A stretch of 58,592 bases of DNA, counting the filler, from Sphacelaria rigidula (Eukaryota): NCBI GenBank assembly GCA_964200075.2. It is 8 parts of 8 records of this genome, joined end to end, with 100 filler letters (N's around TTAATTAATTAA, not from the genome) between each part and the next. Parts side by side here need not be neighbours in the genome. Positions count along the whole stretch, not along the records: positions 44,021 to 51,256 come from CAXNAA020015829.1; positions 51,357 to 58,592 come from CAXNAA020015830.1; 6 more parts are not named here. One strand, written 5' to 3'. This document shows positions 50,745-58,592 of the stretch, one piece after another. Each line of letters opens with the position of its first letter. Positions within the stretch are counted from its first letter, which is position 1. The position numbers were made by a program, and so were the translations under genes. The notes below the pieces were generated by a model. That model was not told where the DNA came from. It saw only the letters and a list, made by a program, of their open reading frames with translations, and did not search any database.

Positions 50745-51082
50745 CAGTGGCTCAGTTGGTAACCTCGGGACCTTATGATTATTGAGTCGTGGGTTCAAAC
50801 CTCGGAGTGATCTGGGATTTATTCTCACACCATGCCCAGCAGTGGAGAGCGACTACGTCGTGGGTACACAGGAATCCGACTTAACGGTCGACGAGGGAAA
50901 GGGACTGCTGAACCCCTCTCGCGATAAAAATAAAGGCAAGCACCGCAGAAGGAAGATGGAGTTGCAAAAACAAACGAAAAACAAAACTCCTGTCTTGACA
51001 TTCCTCCTGTGTGACCCCCGCTGGTCCGCCCACATATACCGAAAGAAGTAGACCGCGTCCAGAATAGATGGGATGACAACAC
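50745..51082 (+). mobile_element. Near full-length tRNA-derived SINE copy
   Basis: gtggctcagttggtaacctcg...gggttcaaacctcggag...cagaatagatgggatgacaacac; colinear with 5763-6121. Confidence 0.8.
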
Positions 51083-51256
51083 TACTACCGCTGAACAGAG
51101 TGGCCTGGGGGTGCGTTTATATATGTGTAGATGCCTCAACTACGTCCTTCCGTGAGAGTACGCGTGCCAGGCAATTGGTAAGAGCGTAAATATATAGTTT
51201 GCACAGGCACCGTAGGTAAGGTACCGTACCGAGCGTACCCCTGGTATTTACCAGAT

Positions 51257-51356
51257 NNNNNNNNNNNNNNNNNNNNNNNNNNNNNNNNNNNNNNNNNNNN
51301 TTAATTAATTAANNNNNNNNNNNNNNNNNNNNNNNNNNNNNNNNNNNNNNNNNNNN
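51257..51356. other. Artificial contig-joining linker
   Basis: N44-TTAATTAATTAA-N44. Confidence 0.97.
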
Positions 51357-51510
51357 ACCGGTAGGTCGAATTTTGTGTACCCACGACATCGTCGCTCTCC
51401 ACTGTTGGGCATGGTGTAGGAAAAAATCCCAGATTGCTCCGGGAATTGAACCCCACAACTCAACCCTCAGAAGGTTGCGAGGTTACCACCTGAGCCACCG
51501 GCGTGACCGG
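51357..51510 (-). mobile_element. 5' half of tRNA-derived SINE (cut by contig start)
   Basis: Reverse complement ccggtcacgccggtggctcaggtggtaacctcg-caacc-TTCTGAG-ggttg-agttgtggggttcaattcccgg; 5-bp stem with 7-nt loop centred on CTG. Confidence 0.8.
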
Positions 51511-51989
51511 TCTGCCAATTTCTATCATCATTTGTACTTGTTCTTCGCCCAGAGACGATGCTTCAGCGTACCGTCCCTGGTGTGTTGCTTTCGAGCCGAT
51601 TAAGATCTTCAGCGAAAGCAGTCTTACGTATATTTGACCTTGAGGGCGCGTCAACACCTAGGTCGGTGTTTGGTTGCGGGCGAAGGCTGCCCACAGTTGT
51701 CGCGATGCCCCTTGCTCCTTTGTCGATGGGCAGCGCCTAGATATTTCGTGATTTAGGCAGCGTGCTCCTGAATGTGAATATGATGGTATCTTTTGGGCCC
51801 TTGTGGCCGATCGGTTAACACAAAGCGTAGCGCTTATCCCTGTTTGACTGGCTGCAGACAGGCTCAAAACGTTTTTGTCCAAAGCAACCGTCACGCGCAA
51901 ATTCATAAATTTGGCATTTTCTGCTATTGTTTTCTGCTCTTTCCTGCGCCCGACACGCATCTGGTTCGTTCGCGCATGTAATGGAGCAG

Positions 51990-52748
51990 GCGAGCGAACT
52001 GCGAGCGAGGTTAAAAGACTACTACATGGGCTTCTACATCCACACGTGCCCCAAGATGTCCTACAAGGGCTCCTTTTCGCCTTCCTTTCTCCTGTGCCCC
52101 GAGCGCTTTTGTTGGGTGCCACTAGGCTTATGCCGTCCGGTCCTCGACCGCCAAGGGTACGCCTGTCTATCAGACTTGCTGCGACGATCCTCATTATTGT
52201 CATCCGCATCGCCATCCTCGCAGTCAGCAGCCGGAGACCACACACTGGCAGCCGACGCGGCGCGACGGGCGGAGGCCGGAGGGGGGCTCCTCATCTTGCA
52301 GCAAAGCGGCAACGACGGCGACAAAAATGGCGCCGCCAGGGGCTCACGGACTGGCTCAGCCGTAAGAGACGCCAGCGGTGGCGGCAGCGGCGGCACTACC
52401 CCTGGACGGCAACACTCCTCCTTCTCTTCAGCGTCTTCCTCGGAATATCCAACGCCACCGCCCCCTCCATCAAGAATGGACTGTGAATCGCTGGAGATGG
52501 ATGTGTTTCCGATGGATATGCCTGAGGATGAGGCTAGGGCGAATGCGGAGATGGAGGCGGCGGCGGCGCAGGACGCAGCCGACGAGGCCTCGGGTTTGTA
52601 TGACATCCCGCTGTTGTTGAGGGACATGAAGATTTCCTTCAGGGCGCTTCCGCCTCAAAGCCAGGATGTGTTGAAGGCGCCGTTGCGTACGTATGCCGAC
52701 TGTTTGGGGCCTGAGCTCACCAGGAGGATTGTTCTGAAGTTGCACTGA
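51990..52748 (+). CDS. ATE1: Arginyl-tRNA--protein transferase 1, terminal exon; partial gene
   Basis: After CAG acceptor: [38 protein letters not shown], matching the ATE1 C-terminal motif YYMGxYIHxCxKMxYKxxxxPSxLLCP; stop TGA at 52746-52748. Confidence 0.9.
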   Translation, partial: ASELRARLKDYYMGFYIHTCPKMSYKGSFSPSFLLCPERFCWVPLGLCRPVLDRQGYACLSDLLRRSSLLSSASPSSQSAAGDHTLAADAARRAEAGGGLLILQQSGNDGDKNGAARGSRTGSAVRDASGGGSGGTTPGRQHSSFSSASSSEYPTPPPPPSRMDCESLEMDVFPMDMPEDEARANAEMEAAAAQDAADEASGLYDIPLLLRDMKISFRALPPQSQDVLKAPLRTYADCLGPELTRRIVLKLH

Positions 52749-55562
52749 GGCGTTTGCTTCGAGTTGGGTGTCTGTTCCGACGGGCTAAGGCTACGGCGGG
52801 TCAATGTGTACCCTTCAAGAACTCGCGGTGAGGTACGGACGTCCCGCGAACATGACGATCCTCGACACTGATCGGCGCTACTGATCGCGAAGAAGATTTC
52901 GTTGAAAAGGCCGTATGGAGATTCGTAGACGAACGCACCCTCTGTGAAGTTGCATCGTAAATGAGGAATGGTTGTCTTCGAAAAACGTCCGCGGTCTGAT
53001 GGGCTCCTGATGAGTTTCTACTGTCCAGTTGGAACTTTTGTTCGTAGGACTAATAAATCGCAGGAATTTGTCACCTGGTTTATTTTTTTTATCTGATAGA
53101 TGGAATAATTTCAACTTATATACATTTTGGTTCGATAAATAGGCCCATATGGAACGGCGTGTGTCTTCAAATGGTGACTTGGCACCTGTAGAGAAGGAGA
53201 AATACAGGGGAGGAGAAGGGATGTACAATCTTGTACATTAGCAATTGCTTTCGTACGCCAAAATGCCCGCCCATCACCACCGCTCGTGTGTGTCTGGCCT
53301 TGTTTGTAAAAAGGGAGGGAGGAGGGCGAGTTGGAGAAAAAATACAGTTTATGCATTTTGATGTCGATGGTACCAAGTTATTGTTCTGGTGGGGTGGTGT
53401 GTGTGGATTGCGGTTTGATATTTTCGTTGCCCGTGTCGATTTGACCGATCTTGTACTCGTGAGGCACGATCACATCGGAAAATTATTATTTTTTGGATTG
53501 AGTGTTGTGTCTCCTCGAACATCGAGTGAAATGGTTTTGCGGATTTGAATGGTTATGTAGGTCCTGTTGTCTGATGACAGGCTGTACGGTATTGCCGTGC
53601 GTGGTTTTTCAACTCCCGCGAAAGATTGATACCGTCAGTTGCGTATCACATCTCAGCAGGCAGGAGCAGAAAAGACACCGCAAAAATCGTGAAAGACAGA
53701 CGGGTGTTTTTTGGGCGCGGAGCGGAATATGTTCCTTCGTCATGGTGCCTGTAGTTAGCACCAGATTGATATAGCTGTAGTTGTGTGGTTGGTCAGCAGC
53801 ATATTTTTTGCTTATTTTGTTGATACGATGTAGCTGCTTTATTTTACACGATGTCCGCGCACGGACACTGAAAACATTTCGGATCGTCTTTGCAAAGGAT
53901 GCGTCTTGACAGGGAGCAGAGGAGATAACTCCGACTGTTTCCTTTTTGTTGCGTTTCTAGGGACGCCGCACGGCCGTTGCAGTTCGATTTCGTCAGTTGT
54001 GAAAGCGCACAACAGTTGCGTCTTCACAGAGAGCAAAGGAGACGATTCCGACATATCCATTCTTCTGTTTCGCCAGTGTTGGAGCGCACGGCAGTCGCGT
54101 TACAGCAAACTCAAACTGCTCGTGTACCCTCAATATTCATACGTGATCGCGATGTATTTTACGTACGAGTACGTATATACTTGTGTCGCTAAACCTACGC
54201 AGTCTTTGCCGTTGTGCGTACGGCTGTGGCAAGAGTGCACCCTGGACAGTGAGTCCACAAGAAATGTACTGCGTACAGTATCGAGCCTGTCTTATATCTA
54301 TCGCAATAGGTGATAGTTTCGAACGGTATGCGATAGAGTTTTCACCAAAATAATTTATTTTGCAGGGTGCGCAAAAGTGGTCATACCGCATAATTTCTCT
54401 CCAGTTATCTTCGCGGCTGCGGTGTTTTCGTTTTTATCGTATATTGGGGCTCTCAGGCAGCAGTGCTGCTGCCTATACGCCTAGATTGCGCGCTATCCGG
54501 TTGGAGCCATGGGAGTTTTCACCCTCACCCGAAATTTCTTCCATTTTCCTCCGTTTTTCCGCGGTGGTATGCCCCATCCCCCAATTGATACTCATTTTTT
54601 CCACGAGGTTAGTGTAAAGTCTTACCTGCTTCCTCTGCTCTTCCCGATTTGCAGATGCGCTGTCGGCAGGGTCCGCACATTCAGACTCATCCGGAATTTT
54701 TCGATTGTTTTTTCTGTAAGATTCCCCCATTCCCCCATTCTCCCACGATCTGTGGAGATTGTTGGCTTGGGGACCCAACACATGGAAAAAGGTATTATGT
54801 GAAAAATGGTTTACACCCTCACCGCTAGCCGGCGAAAAAGGTTACTTCTATTGATACAAGCCTCTTGCGTTAAAAGAACGAAAGAAAGAAGACGCTCATA
54901 CAGGGGGAGGTGATGGGGAACCACACATGAACGGAAAAATCCCAGAAGTGTCCATCGAGGAATGATCACTTCTCTACATGTATATGCTTTCACCTTTTCC
55001 GCACTTCTCACCCCCCCTCCCACTGTTCCTTCTGTTTGGACATATTAGCATCTCATGTATGTCGGGCCTCGTTGTTTTCCTTCTTGTCTCTTTGCTGAGT
55101 TGTCATACGCACACACGAAAGCCCATAATATGTGCCCTGTAGACACGTTTATGGCGTGGCTTCAGCACGATACGTCAGCGCCTTCAAATACCAAAAGTTA
55201 CCCCCACTCATTCCGTACAATCTGATTTCGGCTGACCGTCGTAACAGTTTTTAGTTTTCAGGGGTATTGTTGATCCATTTATGCTTTTCTTCTCGAAATC
55301 TTCGAGAAAAAAGCTTTTGTAGGATACAGAGAAAACAAAGTCCGCCCCTCTCTTGGTTTGGCACCACCGCTATAATCTCAATCGCCTTTGGAACATAATA
55401 ATTTCTCCCTCTTCTGTTCGCAAAGCTTTCTTCAAAAAATAAATCCACGTCTCCAATCAAGGTCTTGGTCGACCCAAAGTTACCCGCGTGAAATTAATTG
55501 GCGGCCATATGCGAAGTTTCGACTTCGAACCCGTTCCGAGAAGGAGGATTCGTTCCTTGAAG

Positions 55563-56004
55563 CGGGATCTTACAATTTGGGGATGGATCTTATATTATTG
55601 GGGATGGGAAACCCGGAGGATTGAAAACTTCGTATCCACACCAAATCTGTGAGTTATGGTTCTATTTCTTCACCTACTGATAGCTATTGAGAACTGCTAC
55701 ACCCCACATAAATTTGGATTTCGATCACCGAAATGTTGGGGTTCCCGGTGAAAAACCAATTTCGGAACCATTTTGGCGTCCGTTCGGACACCCGGAATTC
55801 CCCAAAATTGTTTTTTCACCTAGTACCCCAGCATTTCGTTGATCGAAATCGAAATTTATATGGGGTGTAGCAGTTGTCAATAGCTATCAGTAGGTGTAGA
55901 AATGGAATCATACTTCGAAGATCCGGTGTGGATACGAAGTTTTTAATCCTCCGGGTTTCTCATCCCCAATAATTAAAGATCCATCCCCAATTTGTAAGAT
56001 GCCG
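55563..56004. mobile_element. ~440-bp foldback element (long inverted arms of ~205 bp), MITE-like
   Basis: cgggatcttacaatttggggatggatctt...cacctactgatagctattga...gatttcgatca mirrored by tgatcgaaatc...tcaatagctatcagtaggtg...aagatccatccccaatttgtaagatgccg; short central spacer near 55768-55798. Confidence 0.85.
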
Positions 56005-58071
56005 TGCGTTCCTCATCTCATGAACATGTTGCACATGATGCGCTCTATATATATATACTCGTACACACATTTATTTACTATCATACTAATACTGGTGCAT
56101 ACGAATGAAATACATATACAGTATGAGGCATGCACATAATTTTTTTTTCTGACTTTTCATCGTTTCCCTCCTTTCCATGCTCATTATACTACCCGTAGCG
56201 GCTCTCTGGACTGCCACCCATGACGTCATTTTTTCAATCCATTAGACATCTTCGAGTTTGATTCCCAGCTGTCCGGTTCGACCAAGGTTCGACCCCAATT
56301 GTTCTCATGTCGTTGGGTTGGAACTGTGGCCAATTCTTCTAGCCCCTTCCCATTATGATTCCCTCCTTCCTGTCCACGGGTAAGCCCGTAGTCTTCTTGG
56401 GCCAGAGTCCAGGCGTATCGTTGCCCCGCTGACACAGTTTCCACTTTAATATTGTTCAATGGTCGAATCACGAAGATCGAGGATTCATTCCTGAATCCAG
56501 ACGTAGTTGGGAAACGTTAGCGCGTTTATTTTGGAAAACAACATTTGTATCATTTTGTGCACCGTCCACCATCTGTCGAGAGTGTACACTCCGTTTTGGG
56601 AAGGGTAAAGGGGCCGTAACGATTCCGTTGTTCTGTTCAAGGTGTGTGGGTATATCAGGTGATGAATTTGTTGAGGCATAATACGTCGCTTTGTGTGTGT
56701 GCTATCAAGCGTCTGCTGTGAACATGCTTCCTAACCATCAGGCCGAAAAACGATCAATCACCTCAGCACAATTTACTACAAGTACACGGTAATGTAATGC
56801 AGAGTGTAAGCTCGTTCAGCGGTTTAGTCGAGGACTACGAACTTCGGTTGGAGTCTTGTGATCAAGTACCTGCTGCTACGCGGCACCTTGCTGTAGGCAT
56901 GCTCGTTTCTTGAGTACCTACTTATCAGCAGCGGCGGACCTACTAGTGTCTTACAAATTGCAGGCAGACATCCGGCATCAACATGTTCAGCTCGTAACCG
57001 TAGTTCTACACGAGTACTTGACCCTTCGACCGCGAGGGTAGTCCATCTGAATCGTGCACACTTTTTTCAAGTGAAATTGATGCCGATTCAAGGCATGACC
57101 TACTCTCGCTGTCCTAGGGTCAACCCCTACACAGGTCGACAGCGGATGGGGCCTGCCTTGAGCCAAGCTGACTACACCGCAAAGCACCTCGTCTATCTTG
57201 TGCGCTTCTTTATATGCCAATTGCATGTTACCGCAGGTGGTGCTTGTTATGATGCGAAGACTGACTGCAGCACAGCTCGTGTTGAGACCGATATGTTGTC
57301 GTTTTCGTCTCATCACGACCGCTGGTAGCGGGTATAGCAGCAATCGGGTGAGTTTTTTTCGCCGACTCAACACATGAATGGGTTGTTGATGGAAACGATG
57401 GCTTGTTCATATACTGTATTTCATTGTGTGTGATGTCTCTATACGCAAGCACTGATCCTACGGCGTGTAGAATCGATTAACATATATTCCGTACTTGAAG
57501 CCTACTGCGCTGCGTCATGTGGTGTTTCGCCGACGATAGGGTCACCGTGGGTAACACGCCCTTAAAACGTAAGACACAGTCAACGGACTCGATCAAGCAT
57601 GTGATCACCGATATACGGGAGATCATGTGCAGTGAATATCGTAAGGTACGTCGTCAACAAGCTCCGACTTACTTCCACCCCACCACAGCGCACAAACTGG
57701 CGATGGATATCCCTTCGAAAGCACCAATACCAGGTATCAGGTATCGGTTTTTATACATGCCCGAAGATCGTTCTCCATTATGCCCTTCCCAGGCGCTATT
57801 TTTTAATATAACTCACGGTGTACGAAACCTGGCGTGACGCCTTTGCACATGCGAGCACTACTTGCTAACAGCCGTCATTTTAGGCCACAGTTGTGCTCAT
57901 AACCTTGGTTGGTACACGATGCAATATTCGCTTGTCGTGATTTCGGCTTCGCCTCCGGTTTTTGATTCACGGTAAGTATCACAGCAGCACTAGGAGGTAT
58001 TGGTAGATATCGTATTTGCTACACAGCGCAAGTTGAGTTGTCTAAGTTGGCTCCGTCGGTAGAGATATCAT

Positions 58072-58177
58072 CAGCTATGTTGCAGGGTGTACGAGCTACG
58101 TTGCAATGTGTATGAGCTACGTTGCATGGTGCATGGGCTACATTGCAAGGTGCATGGGCTACATTGCAAGGTGTATG
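58072..58177. repeat. 21-bp minisatellite, 5 copies
   Basis: (a/g)gcta(c/t)(a/g)ttgcaNgg tg(c/t)atg-like units; encodes (HAPCNVA)n in the - strand ORF 58019-58405. Confidence 0.85.
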
Positions 58178-58416
58178 CATAGAAGAGGCAGTCGAAACAA
58201 TCACTATTAACAGAAGCAGGATAATGAGTACGACGGTTTCCCCGTACGTGACTTTTGGCGAATCCAAGCTCTCTCTGGGCCTTGTACTAATGTTGTGATA
58301 CACAGTTTTGCCTCGTGCGTCACATGTCACATCATATGCGTACTGTAATTGTTCAGAGTTTGAATTCTGTCGAGTAGCCTTCTCTTTATCTTTGAAAGCC
58401 ACCATAGCACTCTACA

Positions 58417-58530
58417 GTGTGTGTATGTTGTCGTGCCATCTATTCTGGGCGCCGGTCTACAACCTTTCGGTACATGTGGGCGCACCAGCCGGGGTCACAC
58501 AGGAAGAAGGTCAAAATAGGAGTTTTTTTT
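58417..58530 (-). mobile_element. 3' half of tRNA-derived SINE (near window end)
   Basis: gtgtgtgtatgttgtc...tattctgggcgccggtctac...cagccggggtcacacaggaagaaggtcaa...ggagtttttt is the reverse complement of ~5990-6110. Confidence 0.75.
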
Positions 58531-58592
58531 TTTTTTTTTTTTTTTTTCTTTATTTTTTTTTTTTCGTCTGTGGCACTGAATTAACTTTTTTT

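Noticed and set aside
14815-52748. Functional cluster of protein-modifying enzymes (CBP, STK16, ATE1)
   Set aside because: The genes lie on different contigs joined artificially, so proximity is meaningless.
56226-56679. Two adjacent minus-strand ORFs as a gene or LINE remnant
   Set aside because: Different frames, no splice signals I can support and no recognisable motif.

Overview
Eukaryotic, intron-rich and repeat-rich DNA. Gene style (long introns, Gly/Ala/Ser-rich exons, C-rich acceptor tracts) suggests a brown alga or other stramenopile, but this is inference. The window is NOT one locus. It is eight unrelated contigs of 7236-7237 bp joined by identical 100-bp artificial linkers (N44-TTAATTAATTAA-N44). 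Contig 1: five exons of an RG/RS-rich low-complexity protein. Contig 2: two exons of a TMC/OSCA-like membrane protein (- strand). Contig 3: five exons of a CBP/p300-type histone acetyltransferase. Contig 4: a degenerate Ty3/Gypsy element with a probable Copia-like relic, a MITE and a SINE nested in it. Contig 5: a near-complete STK16/NAK-type kinase with a GC-AG intron inside the HRD motif. Contig 6: repeats only. Contig 7: the 3' exons of a CxFxP-repeat protein. Contig 8: the last exon of ATE1 plus a 440-bp foldback. The most striking unexplained pattern is a dispersed element family with about 14 pieces. Its copies have one fixed end (...ATGAGTA) fused to C-runs and variable other ends. They repeatedly sit in sense orientation 45-105 bp upstream of splice acceptors. 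Also present are a tRNA-Gln(CTG)-like SINE (7 copies) and ~250-bp MITEs with 4-bp TSDs and related TIRs.
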